Source: Clostridiales bacterium (GTDB lineage: Bacteria; Bacillota; Clostridia; Saccharofermentanales; Saccharofermentanaceae). Taken from it: a stretch of 39,857 nt of DNA. The position numbers and the translations under genes were made by a program. The notes beneath the pieces were generated by a model that did not search any database, had not been told where the DNA came from, and was given only the letters and a program-made list of their open reading frames with translations. Shown here in pieces: positions 8,897 to 18,531 of this stretch. The stretch is from NCBI GenBank assembly GCA_017513085.1, contig JAFWDK010000013.1, positions 1 through 39,857 of the forward strand. The letters are read 5' to 3'. Numbering within the stretch: the stretch's first letter is position 1; each line of letters starts with the position of its first letter.

Positions 8897-10705
8897 TCAG
8901 TCTTCATCCAGCCGCAGAACGCTCATAAAGGCTTCTTGCGGCACTTCTACACTACCGACCTGACGCATGCGCTTCTTACCTTCCTTCTGCTTTTCCAGAA
9001 GTTTCTTCTTACGCGTGATGTCACCGCCGTAACACTTGGCCAGTACGTCTTTTCGATATGCACGGATCGTCTCTCTGGCAATGACTTTCCCACCGATTGC
9101 AGCCTGTACAGGCACCTCGAACTGCTGTCTCGGAATATTCTCCTTCAGTTTTTCGGTCATACGACGTCCACGCGCATAGGCCTTATCTTTGTGCACGATA
9201 AAGGAAAGCGCATCGACGATATCGCCGTTCAGAAGAATATCCAGTTTCACCAGATCACTCTTCTGGTAGCCTTCGATCTCGTAATCAAGAGAACCGTAGC
9301 CGCGTGTTCTGGATTTTAAGGCATCGAAGAAATCGTAGATGATCTCGTTCAAAGGCATCTTATAGTGAAGCATGACACGGATATCATCCATATATTCCAT
9401 GTTGATATACTCACCACGGCGATCCTGGCAAAGCTCCATCAGGTTGCCGACATATTCCTTCGGTGTCATGATCGTACACTTCACGATCGGCTCTTCAATA
9501 TAGTCGATCTCCGCCGGATCCGGCATATTGGTCGGGTTGTCCATACGGATCATCTCGCCGCTCGTGGTATATACCTTATACACAACAGACGGCGCGGTCG
9601 AGATCAGATCGAGATTAAACTCTCTCTCCAGTCTTTCCTGGATAACTTCATAATGCAGAAGTCCCAGGAAACCGCAGCGGAATCCGAAGCCGAGCGCGGC
9701 GGATGTTTCTGCTTCAAAAGAAAGCGCCGCGTCGTTAAGCTGGAGCTTTTCCAGTGCATCACGGAGATCCGGATACTTGGCGCCATCCACAGGATAAAGT
9801 CCGCAGAAGACCATCTGCTGGATCGGCTTATAGCCCTTAAGCGGCTCGTCGGCCGGATCATCGACCAGCGTGACGGTATCGCCCGGAGCAGTATCTCTTA
9901 CATTCTTGATCGATGCGCAGATATAACCTACTTCGCCGGTAAGAAGCGTCGAGGACGGAACAAATTCACCCGGATGGAAATAACCGAGCTCGGTTACCGT
10001 AAACTCCGCGCCGGTATTCATCATGCGGATCTTATCGCCCAGCTTGACCGAGCCTTCCTTGATCCGTACATTGACGATAACACCTTTATAGGAATCATAT
10101 TTCGAGTCAAAGATCAAAGCCCGAAGCGGTTTGTTCTCATCACCGTCCGGTGCCGGAAGATACTTCACGATGCCTTCCAGTACCTCTTCGATACCGATAT
10201 TGTTTTTCGCCGAGATCAGAGGCGCATAGGATGCATCCAGACCGATCACGTCCTCGATCTCCTTTTTTGTCTCCTCCGGCTGCGCGGAAGGAAGATCGAT
10301 CTTATTAATGACCGGCAGGATCTCAAGATTCGCATCTACCGCCAGATAAGCATTGGCCAGCGTCTGCGCCTCGATGCCCTGCGCGGCATCTACGATCAGG
10401 ATCGCGCCGTCACAGGCCGCCAGGCTTCGCGAAACTTCATAGTTAAAGTCCACGTGACCAGGCGTGTCGATCAGGTTCAGGATATACTCCTCGCCGTCCT
10501 TCGCTTTGTATAGCAGACGGGTCGACTGGGACTTGATCGTGATGCCACGTTCCCTCTCGATATCCATATTATCCAGGATCTGGTTTTGCATCTCGCGGGA
10601 TTCGACCACGCCTGTGTTTTCGATCAAGCGGTCCGCCAACGTGGACTTACCGTGGTCAATGTGCGCAACGATACAAAAGTTACGTATTTTACTCTGTCGT
10701 TCCAT
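8897..10705 (-). CDS. lepA: elongation factor 4 (LepA)
   Basis: [68 protein letters not shown]. Confidence 0.99.
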   Translation of the reverse strand: MERQSKIRNFCIVAHIDHGKSTLADRLIENTGVVESREMQNQILDNMDIERERGITIKSQSTRLLYKAKDGEEYILNLIDTPGHVDFNYEVSRSLAACDGAILIVDAAQGIEAQTLANAYLAVDANLEILPVINKIDLPSAQPEETKKEIEDVIGLDASYAPLISAKNNIGIEEVLEGIVKYLPAPDGDENKPLRALIFDSKYDSYKGVIVNVRIKEGSVKLGDKIRMMNTGAEFTVTELGYFHPGEFVPSSTLLTGEVGYICASIKNVRDTAPGDTVTLVDDPADEPLKGYKPIQQMVFCGLYPVDGAKYPDLRDALEKLQLNDAALSFEAETSAALGFGFRCGFLGLLHYEVIQERLEREFNLDLISTAPSVVYKVYTTSGEMIRMDNPTNMPDPAEIDYIEEPIVKCTIMTPKEYVGNLMELCQDRRGEYINMEYMDDIRVMLHYKMPLNEIIYDFFDALKSRTRGYGSLDYEIEGYQKSDLVKLDILLNGDIVDALSFIVHKDKAYARGRRMTEKLKENIPRQQFEVPVQAAIGGKVIARETIRAYRKDVLAKCYGGDITRKKKLLEKQKEGKKRMRQVGSVEVPQEAFMSVLRLDED

Positions 10706-10726
10706 TCTTCACTCTTCTCATTTCCA

Positions 10727-11776
10727 TTAGAAAAACTTAATCTTGTTGAAAGGATAGATACGCATGATGACTTTCGACTCAAGCTGGCTCTTCTTGAAAG
10801 GCCCCATCAGACGGCTGTCGTTACTGGCTCCGCGGTTATCACCCATGCAGTAATACTCGTCCTGTCCCAAAGTGATCTCGTTATATCCTTTTGCCATACC
10901 TTCCGCGCGGACAAAAGTTCTCGTGTCCTCCGGCAGATACGCCGATTCATCCAGAAGCACGCCGTTGATATATACCTGACCTTCGTCGATACGGATCGTT
11001 TCACCCGGAAGGCCGACGATCCTCTTGATGAGGTTTTCTTCATGTGTATAACCTTCCATGCCCTTCGCATCGATCGTCACGATATCCCCGCGCTTGAAGT
11101 TTCCCGTATACACAGTGATCATCTGAACGAAGACCGCATCACCGGACTTGAGCGTCGGCTCCATGGATGAACCGTATACATCGTTTCTTTGTACAACAAA
11201 CACAACCAGAAGGATACCGATAAGAAGGCCGATCGCCACAAAACGCAGCGTATCGAAAAACATATAGATCGAGCTCTTCTCCTTCGCCTGCTGCTCTTCC
11301 TTCGCCGCTTGTTCCTCCGGCGTCAGCTCTCTCTCCTCATCTTCCGTCTCCGAAGCAGATTTCTTCTTGCGCTTCTTATTCTTCTTGGAATCTTCCTCTT
11401 CGTCTTCCTCTTCGTCAGAGTCCTCTTCTTCCTCCTCCTCGCCGGATTCCGCTTCAGATTCCTCGTCTTCGTCAGACTCTTCTTCATCCGAAGACTCTTC
11501 TACTTTCTCAGACTCCTCGCCGGAAACTTCTTCAGTTATTACGTCGGAAATCTCTTCAGACACCTCTTCGGATGCTTCCTCCGCAGCGTCTTCCGGAATC
11601 TCTTCCTTTTCCTCCGGCAAAAGCACTTCTGCCGTTCCTTCCGTTGTTGCCTCCGATGCAGTCTCTTCGGTCGTATCGGTTTCCTGGTCCTCTACCGGTC
11701 CGACCTGTTCGGAAACCGCTTCTTCGACTTTCTGCTTGGTAGAATCGTTCTTATTCTTCGATGAATGTTTCTTCAT
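10727..11776 (-). CDS. lepB: signal peptidase I with long acidic N-terminal extension
   Basis: RBS GGAGG before ATG 11776; single TM, then GSSMEPTL (catalytic Ser), LIKRIVGLPGE (Lys) and GDNRGASNDSR. Confidence 0.92.
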   Translation of the reverse strand: MKKHSSKNKNDSTKQKVEEAVSEQVGPVEDQETDTTEETASEATTEGTAEVLLPEEKEEIPEDAAEEASEEVSEEISDVITEEVSGEESEKVEESSDEEESDEDEESEAESGEEEEEEDSDEEEDEEEDSKKNKKRKKKSASETEDEERELTPEEQAAKEEQQAKEKSSIYMFFDTLRFVAIGLLIGILLVVFVVQRNDVYGSSMEPTLKSGDAVFVQMITVYTGNFKRGDIVTIDAKGMEGYTHEENLIKRIVGLPGETIRIDEGQVYINGVLLDESAYLPEDTRTFVRAEGMAKGYNEITLGQDEYYCMGDNRGASNDSRLMGPFKKSQLESKVIMRIYPFNKIKFF

Positions 11777-11786
11777 ATATCCTCCG

Positions 11787-13049
11787 TTACGCGTTCTCTT
11801 TACGGATCGTCTCCGCAAGAGCGCTTAACTCGATTTCCTGTTCGTTACCATCGGCCATATTCTTGAGCTTGGCCTTGCCGGACTTGATCTCCTCATCTCC
11901 CAGAACCAGAAGATACGGAATACCGGATTTTCCGGCATATTTCAGCTGCGCGCGGAAAGAACGGTTCATGAGATCGATCTCACAACCGATTCCCTGACGT
12001 CGGAGCGTGAATGCCAGTTTCTGTGCTTCGATCTGCGTCTCAGGAGAAAGATTCGCGATATAAAGCTGAACTTTCTGATCCTTCTCGATCTCGATGCCCT
12101 GCGCTTCCATTTCAAGGAGGAAACGCTCCGCACCCATGGCAAAGCCGATACCCGGTGTCGGCTGTCCGCCGATCTCGGAAACCAGTCCGTCGTAACGGCC
12201 ACCGCCGCAGATCGTGCCCTGAGAACCCACATTCTCGGACTTAAACTCAAATACGGTCCTTGTATAGTAATCCAGGCCACGAACGATACCGGAATCAATG
12301 GTATACGGAATACCCAGTGCCTCCAGATTCGCCTTCAGACCTTCAAAATGCGCTTTACAGTCGTCGCACAGATAGTCGATGAGTCTTGGTGCCGTCGCGG
12401 CAATGGCCTGGCACTTCTCCTCTTTACAGTCGATCATACGAAGCGGATTCTTCTCAAAACGCGACTGGCAATCCTCGCAAAGCTCGGAAAGACGCGGGCG
12501 GAAATAATCCTTCAGGATCTTGTTATACTCCGCACGGCAAGTCGGGCAACCGATGCTGTTGATGCAGAGCTTCGTCTTGGAAAGACCCATCTTCTCAAAA
12601 AACGCCACCAGAATGCTGATGATCTCGGCATCGATCGCCGGGCCTTCCGCGCCGAAAGCCTCGACGCCAAACTGGTGGAACTCTCTGTAACGGCCCTTCT
12701 GCATCTTCTCATAGCGGAACGCCGTAATGTTGTAGAACAATCTCACCGGACTCGGAAGCGAAGCCATACCATTCTCGACAAAACTTCTTACCACGCCGGC
12801 TGTGCCTTCCGGGCGAAGCGTGATCGAACGGCCTCCCTTATCCTCGAACGTGTACATCTCTTTCTGCACGACATCCGTCGTGTCACCGACCGAACGCTGG
12901 AACAGATCGGTCTGCTCAAAAGTCGGGATACGGATCTCTTTATATCCGTATTGCTCACATGTCTCGGCAAAAGCTCTCTCCGCTTTCTGCCATTTATATA
13001 TTTCCTCGGGAAGAATGTCCTTGGTTCCCTTCTGGCAACTGTATTTCAT
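11787..13049 (-). CDS. hisS: histidine--tRNA ligase
   Basis: KGTKDILP, LRPEGTA, FRYEKMQKGRYREFHQFGVE, RGLDYY, GGGRYDGL; start at ATG 13049 or GTG 13061. Confidence 0.98.
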   Translation of the reverse strand: MKYSCQKGTKDILPEEIYKWQKAERAFAETCEQYGYKEIRIPTFEQTDLFQRSVGDTTDVVQKEMYTFEDKGGRSITLRPEGTAGVVRSFVENGMASLPSPVRLFYNITAFRYEKMQKGRYREFHQFGVEAFGAEGPAIDAEIISILVAFFEKMGLSKTKLCINSIGCPTCRAEYNKILKDYFRPRLSELCEDCQSRFEKNPLRMIDCKEEKCQAIAATAPRLIDYLCDDCKAHFEGLKANLEALGIPYTIDSGIVRGLDYYTRTVFEFKSENVGSQGTICGGGRYDGLVSEIGGQPTPGIGFAMGAERFLLEMEAQGIEIEKDQKVQLYIANLSPETQIEAQKLAFTLRRQGIGCEIDLMNRSFRAQLKYAGKSGIPYLLVLGDEEIKSGKAKLKNMADGNEQEIELSALAETIRKENA

Positions 13050-13092
13050 AAAGTCTCTCACTTTCTATTCTCATTAAACAATTTATTATACA

Positions 13093-13842
13093 CTAATTCA
13101 GTTCGCTTCGATAGACCAACATCGCCAAAACTGCAGGCCCCGCCGTCTCTGTTCTTAGTATCCTTTTACCAAGAGTGACCGGTTTCGCGCCAAGTTCCCG
13201 CGCCATTTGCGCCTCTTCTTCGGAAAAACCGCCTTCCGGCCCGATAAAGACTGCTATCTTCGGCTTTTGAGAAAAATCCAGTTCATCCAGGATCTCGCCC
13301 AGTTTCTTTTCTTTCTCCTCTTCCCAGGGAAAAAGCACCAGATCGTTCTCTGAAACGGCTTTCTGAAGGGCTTCTTTCAGCTCCAAAGGAGAGTCCACCT
13401 TCGGCACAATGCCCCGTCCGCACTGACGCGCCGCTTCCAGCGCGATCGACTGCCAGCGCTCAAGTTTCCCTCCCTTTTCTCCGGCTTTCATCTTCACGAT
13501 CGAACGGCTGCATGCAGTCGGCACATAGCGGCTCACGCCCAGCTCCACCGACTTCTGGATCGAAAGATCCATTCTCTCCCCCTTGGCCAGTCCCTGATAG
13601 ACGGTCGCAAGAAATTTCGGCTCGTTGGTGTTTGGATGTCGGTCCTTCACCGAAACCATAACATGCCCTTTGGACACCGTTTCGATCACGCATTCAAGAT
13701 CCGAAGAAGAAGCATCGCAAAGGATGATCTCTTCACCGGCGCGCACGCGAAGCACATCCGAAAGATAGCGGGCATCGTTACCCTCGATCTCGTACATTTC
13801 CGTTTCCGGAGCTATCGTATTGTTGATAAAAAGCCTTGTCAT
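13093..13842 (-). CDS. rsmE: 16S rRNA m3U1498 methyltransferase
   Basis: VLRV, QKSVELGV, EAARQCGR, IGPEGGFS, LGKRILRTETA. Confidence 0.97.
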   Translation of the reverse strand: MTRLFINNTIAPETEMYEIEGNDARYLSDVLRVRAGEEIILCDASSSDLECVIETVSKGHVMVSVKDRHPNTNEPKFLATVYQGLAKGERMDLSIQKSVELGVSRYVPTACSRSIVKMKAGEKGGKLERWQSIALEAARQCGRGIVPKVDSPLELKEALQKAVSENDLVLFPWEEEKEKKLGEILDELDFSQKPKIAVFIGPEGGFSEEEAQMARELGAKPVTLGKRILRTETAGPAVLAMLVYRSELN

Positions 13843-13851
13843 AGTGTTTTC

Positions 13852-16284
13852 TCAGATCGTTCCACGATCGATTCCATACTCCCTGCAAAGATTTGTAAAT
13901 TCTTTTGAATACGCAAATCCGGAAAGGACAGTCAGACGGTCCGCGCCCTTCTCCAGTTCGCCGACCCAGTATTCCAGTCCGCCTTCTTCCGGCTCTCTGT
14001 CCATGAATGTCCTGTACAACCTGGTAACAAAATCCGTATTATCCGTTTTCAGATTCATGAATTCTTTTGAAGTAAAGAATTCCTTGGCCGCACCGGCACC
14101 CGACTGTTCCTGATTGGTCAACGCCAGCGCCCAGTAAGCCAGGCCTTTCTGTTCCGGAGCACGCCCCAGGCAGCATTCATACAAACGGGTAGCAAAATCG
14201 AGTGCTTTTGCAGAAGGACGCTCGGCCTTAGCTGTCGGCGCGCCGGAACGGACGCCGAAATCTGCGCATACATTGCACCATTCCGTTGAATCGATAAAAG
14301 CACTGACCACTTCTCTTCGTGTCATGTTTTCCGCTTTGAGCTGAATGACCCAGTACGAGGCTCCGCTCTTATCGCCTACGCGGTCGAAGAATGTCTTATA
14401 AAGGATATCCACAAATCGCTCCGCCGTCATTTGCCTGTTTTCGAATTCCTGTCCCATCAAGAAATAGCGCGCACAATCTGCGCCGGAGCGCTTGCCGGAC
14501 GAAATCTCACTGACCCAGTATTCTTTGCCGTTTGCATCCGACGGACGCTCGAGCGCCACCGTATAAAGTCTTTCTACAAAGCCTGCGATTCCCGAATCTT
14601 TATCCGGCGAAGGCTGTCCCTGACCCGGTGTCGGTTCCGGACGAGGTGTTACAAACTGCGGGATAAGTCTGGTCGTATCGCTAAGAGACATGCCGCAATC
14701 CGAGCTATCGTAATGCTCCGGATCTGTGTAGAAACAGGAGTATACGCCATTTCCATGTTCAAAATCATGTTTTTTCAGTCCATCACAAAGGCGGTCAAGA
14801 TGAGTAATATCCAAAACCTTGATCGGATTGAACTCACACCTCAGTAAGAAGAGATTGGGTGCTTTGGCAATATCCAATGAGGTAAGTTCGTTATCATTGC
14901 ATATCAGATCCTGCAGCTCATACTTTTCCCCCAAATTCAAATATCTTATTTTGTTAATGCTACAATCCAGACACAGAAGCGAGGAATTCTTGGAACAATC
15001 CAATTCTGTAAGCTGATTGCCCGCACATCTGAGGAACCATAGCTTCCTGTTTGCTGATACATCAAGTTTTGTGATCTCATTATCGAAGCAATCCAAAGTT
15101 TCGAGACCTTTGGCACCGCGCACATCCAATTCTGTCAACTTGCAACCATAGCAGGTGATTGAAAGAAGAGAAGGATTCTTCGATAGGTCCAATGTAGAAA
15201 TCTCATTCATACTACACAAAAGATAACTTAATTTCGGTGAATCAGAAACATCCAATGCTTGTATTCTGGTGTTCGAACAATCCAGATATTCAAGTTTAGT
15301 TCTATTCGAAAGATCCAGTTTTTCTATTGGCGTTTCATAGCACTCCAACTCGACCAATTTGGCGTTATACGTTAAATCGAGTTCCCTAAGATGGGAATTG
15401 TGATAACAATAAAGCTTAGTCAGTTCAGTGTTCGCCGACAGATCCAGAGGCGATATGAACGTATTGGCGCAGTCAAGTTTCGTTAGTTTGGAATTCTTTG
15501 ACAGATCCAGTTCAACGATCTTCGTTCCGAAAATGTCAAGTTCCACCAGTTCCGGATTATTCGTTACATCAAGCTGTGCAAGACGGCAGTTATACGCTTC
15601 AAGAACAGTCAGATCCTTGGCATTGCTGAGGTCCAGACTTGAAATATATGTAGCCCCGCATGTCAGTGTTTCCAGTTTCGGATTGTGACTTATGTCCAGA
15701 TCGAAGATTGTTGAATAATCACATTGCAGTATCTTCAGTTCCGGATTCGAACTCACATCAAGTTTTGAAATTTCCATATCCTGCGCCACCAGTTTCTGAA
15801 GCTTCCGGTGGCCACTCAGGTCCAAACCTTTGAGCGGATTAGAGCTTACGTCCAGTTCCCTCAACTCCGTACAAGCACTGATGTCCAACGAAGAAACATA
15901 GCAAAGCGGGCATTCCAGTATGGCCAATTTCGCATTTTGGCGAAGGTCGATGTTGCTGACAGCTATGTTGTAACAATATAGTTCAGCCAGTTCCGGGAAG
16001 AACTCTATGCCCTCAAGTGATCGGACAACAGAAGTTAAAGTTTCCGGACTCAGATAGATCACCTTTGCCGATGAGATCTCATCTTCAGATAAGACTCCAT
16101 TCTTGTCCTTATCAAAATTCTTCGCGATATATGTGCGGAAATTATAGTCCGGAAAATTCTCGTCATTAATGGTGACCGAGCTATCAGCATTAGCTCCGGC
16201 AAGCACTGTTTTCCCTGATGACCCGAAAGCTGCGGGCAGGATCAGAGCAAGCGAACTCAATAAAACCAGCCATTCTTTCTTCAC
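13852..16284 (-). CDS. secreted leucine-rich-repeat surface protein with C-terminal DUF4214-type repeats
   Basis: RBS GGAGGT + GTG 16284; signal peptide; N-cap FPDYNFRTYIAKNFDKDKNGVLS; about 20 repeats of about 21 aa, LxxLxCxxNxLxxLDLSxN (IRREKO-like); Pro-rich linker; FVERLY...YW...F..S.EF tail. Confidence 0.88.
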   Translation of the reverse strand: MKKEWLVLLSSLALILPAAFGSSGKTVLAGANADSSVTINDENFPDYNFRTYIAKNFDKDKNGVLSEDEISSAKVIYLSPETLTSVVRSLEGIEFFPELAELYCYNIAVSNIDLRQNAKLAILECPLCYVSSLDISACTELRELDVSSNPLKGLDLSGHRKLQKLVAQDMEISKLDVSSNPELKILQCDYSTIFDLDISHNPKLETLTCGATYISSLDLSNAKDLTVLEAYNCRLAQLDVTNNPELVELDIFGTKIVELDLSKNSKLTKLDCANTFISPLDLSANTELTKLYCYHNSHLRELDLTYNAKLVELECYETPIEKLDLSNRTKLEYLDCSNTRIQALDVSDSPKLSYLLCSMNEISTLDLSKNPSLLSITCYGCKLTELDVRGAKGLETLDCFDNEITKLDVSANRKLWFLRCAGNQLTELDCSKNSSLLCLDCSINKIRYLNLGEKYELQDLICNDNELTSLDIAKAPNLFLLRCEFNPIKVLDITHLDRLCDGLKKHDFEHGNGVYSCFYTDPEHYDSSDCGMSLSDTTRLIPQFVTPRPEPTPGQGQPSPDKDSGIAGFVERLYTVALERPSDANGKEYWVSEISSGKRSGADCARYFLMGQEFENRQMTAERFVDILYKTFFDRVGDKSGASYWVIQLKAENMTRREVVSAFIDSTEWCNVCADFGVRSGAPTAKAERPSAKALDFATRLYECCLGRAPEQKGLAYWALALTNQEQSGAGAAKEFFTSKEFMNLKTDNTDFVTRLYRTFMDREPEEGGLEYWVGELEKGADRLTVLSGFAYSKEFTNLCREYGIDRGTI

Positions 16285-16432
16285 GTGACTACCTCCAAAA
16301 TTGCTAAATGTTTTCAGTAATTCCGGTTCAAGCAGACCCCACCCCACGCCTTCAAAAACCATTGTCACCAGTATAGCCCAATGCCCTTCGCTTTGGCAAT
16401 TCATCGTACTACTTCTGAAACCACGAATATAC

Positions 16433-16484
16433 AAAAAGAAGCCGCCTTCCGTGATATTGGATCACAGGAAAGGCAGCTTCTTTT
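16433..16484. terminator. intrinsic terminator downstream of the DUF4230-like gene
   Basis: AAAAAGAAGCCGCCTTCC...GGAAAGGCAGCTTCTTTT hairpin with A/T tracts on both sides. Confidence 0.75.
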
Positions 16485-16513
16485 CCGGGGCGAGTCACCC
16501 CGCAGAGCAAAAC

Positions 16514-17242
16514 TCATTGTGCTGCTGAGTTTGTGGAAAATACGACTTTATACTCGCTGTGGAGTTTGGCAAGGTTATCCACGATGATCTTTCGAAGATG
16601 TGTTTCCGCCTTGTCATAGATGCCGTTGTTAATGGCGTTCTGGAGTTGTTCCGCCTTGACGGTGACCAGATGCTCGTTTACTTCATCCGCACGGATCGGA
16701 TTCAGGATATTGTTGTCCTGAAGCACAGTTACGCTTTCCTGCGGAAGATTATTGTCCACGATCGGGACCTTGGGAAGAGTCACATAGATTTCTTTTCTCG
16801 TATCATTGACCATGATGTGCAGATCGTTAAGATCGTAACCCACTTTAATGGTTCCGATATAGGAGATCTGGATCTGATGCTGAGTACCCCAGATATTCAC
16901 ATTCGTATACGGGATCTGACGGGAATCGACAACAGTCGCCATTCCGCTATATGTCTCGGAATATGTCATCAGCTCGGCGATTGCATTCAGTTCGCTCTTT
17001 ACCGTAGTATTGGTCAGGATAATATCATGGAATTTTTCTTCTTCGGCAAGGATCGCTTCCTTGGATCCGGAACGCTTGATCGTATTACCCGAACTGAACC
17101 AGCCGAAAGCCAGTCCCAGGATCACGATCACGCCTACCGTTGCGAGCAGGCCGACAAGTACACTTCCGATTTTTTTAAACAACCCTTGTCCGTTCGCATT
17201 GATGATGATGGGCTGTCCGTTCTCTGTACGAATTCTTTTCAT
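16514..17242 (-). CDS. membrane-anchored DUF4230-like protein
   Basis: RBS AAGGAGG 8 nt before ATG 17242; one N-terminal TM; pattern IAELMTY...ISYIGTIKVGYDL...IYVTLP...IYDKAE typical of DUF4230. Confidence 0.7.
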   Translation of the reverse strand: MKRIRTENGQPIIINANGQGLFKKIGSVLVGLLATVGVIVILGLAFGWFSSGNTIKRSGSKEAILAEEEKFHDIILTNTTVKSELNAIAELMTYSETYSGMATVVDSRQIPYTNVNIWGTQHQIQISYIGTIKVGYDLNDLHIMVNDTRKEIYVTLPKVPIVDNNLPQESVTVLQDNNILNPIRADEVNEHLVTVKAEQLQNAINNGIYDKAETHLRKIIVDNLAKLHSEYKVVFSTNSAAQ

Positions 17243-17515
17243 GAGCATACCCTCCTTCATGAAAGGATGCGATCCTCAGCAGCACTATTGAAAATCGCTT
17301 TTTCTCTTTGCGCATTACTTCTTACTATAATGATATACGAAATAAGAACGCAAAAACATCTTGTTTTTTTGAATTCTTCCGTTTTCTTTCGGAGTTTGGT
17401 GTTTCTTTTACTCTGACTATAGTTTATAATCTTATCTGTCAAACAAAAATGTTGCAGAGTTGCTTTTAGGGCATTCTAAATTGTTTTGAAATTCAAAATA
17501 AAGTGGAGCGGTAAA

Positions 17516-18013
17516 ATGGGTAGAAAATCGATCAAAGAGAACAAGAATGTTTATCAGCTTAGCCGTGAGGCGCAGAATCTCACACGTGACGCGGCTTCCG
17601 AGCTTCTTCAGTACATCTCGGCAGACCGTATTGAAAAGATTGAGAACGAGAAGACACTTCCTCATCCGGAAGAGATCCTGGCAATGGCAGATTGCTATAA
17701 GAATCCATCTCTTTGCAATTACTTCTGTTCTCACGAGTGTCCGATCGGACAGGAGTATGTGCCGGAAGTAGTTCCTAAGGAGCTTTCCCAGATCACTCTC
17801 GAAATGATTGCAACCCTGAACTCCATTGACAAGAATAAGAACCGTCTCATCGAGATCACCGTGGACGGCGCCGTCAGCGAAGAAGAACTTCCTGACTTTG
17901 TCGAGATCAAGAATGAACTGGATAAGATGGCTCTCACGATCGATTCTCTCCGTCTTTGGATCGACAACGCCATCGCAGCAGGACAGATCAATAGGGATTC
18001 TTTCAAGAACTGA
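17516..18013 (+). CDS. XRE/Cro-C1 HTH transcriptional regulator with helical C-terminal domain
   Basis: RBS GGAG; YQLSREAQNLTRDAASE...ISADRIEKIENEK HTH; LCNYFCSHECPIG Cys cluster. Confidence 0.85.
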   Translation: MGRKSIKENKNVYQLSREAQNLTRDAASELLQYISADRIEKIENEKTLPHPEEILAMADCYKNPSLCNYFCSHECPIGQEYVPEVVPKELSQITLEMIATLNSIDKNKNRLIEITVDGAVSEEELPDFVEIKNELDKMALTIDSLRLWIDNAIAAGQINRDSFKN

Positions 18014-18041
18014 ATCAGTTTCCGGGAACAGGAATCAAGAT

Positions 18042-18082
18042 AAAAGAGAACCCGCATATCTCACTTATGCGGGTTCTTTTTC
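18042..18082. terminator. bidirectional intrinsic terminator
   Basis: AAAAG-AGAACCCGCATA-tctcact-TATGCGGGTTCT-TTTTT between convergent ORFs. Confidence 0.8.
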
Positions 18083-18229
18083 AGTAGAAAGTGAATCCTC
18101 AGGCGTCAATTCGATGGTCCGGCCATGAAATGTGGATACATTTACCAATCCCATTTTTTTACAAAAATCCGGGTACTTATGGTATGCTTCCACCATGTGC
18201 ACCATCAGTCGTCGTTTGTCTAATTCCAT
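18065..18229 (-). CDS. small hypothetical protein (54 aa)
   Basis: MELDKRRLMVHMVEAYHKYPDFCKKMGL...; weak RBS GGAAGTG; its stop lies within the terminator hairpin. Confidence 0.5.
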   Translation of the reverse strand: MELDKRRLMVHMVEAYHKYPDFCKKMGLVNVSTFHGRTIELTPEDSLSTEKEPA

Positions 18230-18326
18230 AAAATCACTTCCACTTTGCATTGAACGGTTATGGGTTACAAGCATTATTCTAGCCAAGCCTCCGGAAAAGA
18301 AACACCTCACCGGGAGCAAAATAGCG

Positions 18327-18512
18327 ATGTCTATTCAGTCGCCATTTCATGAATACGCGCGTGAAGTGAAAGTGTACAGTTCTTTTAAATCGGTAAGCGG
18401 TTCGGCAGCCGGCACGTCTTCTAAAAAAACTACTGCCAAGAAAACCTCTGCTTCTTCTGCCGGAAAGATCACCAAACAGTTGAGCAATCTTGCCGGACAG
18501 CTGTTCAAATGA
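18327..18512 (+). CDS. small basic Ser/Lys/Ala-rich hypothetical protein (61 aa)
   Basis: RBS GGGAG; MSIQSPFHEYAREVKVY...SSKKTTAKKTSASSAGK...; fills the gap up to the convergent lipoprotein. Confidence 0.45.
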   Translation: MSIQSPFHEYAREVKVYSSFKSVSGSAAGTSSKKTTAKKTSASSAGKITKQLSNLAGQLFK

Positions 18513-18531
18513 CAGTTTACGTTGGTTTAAC

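Noticed and set aside
16285-16434. Longer N-termini given by the ORF track (also 39084-39155, 11777-11818, 5450-5488, 17486-17515, 33209-33274)
   Set aside because: Downstream starts have better RBS spacing and put signal peptides or family N-termini at the start of the protein.
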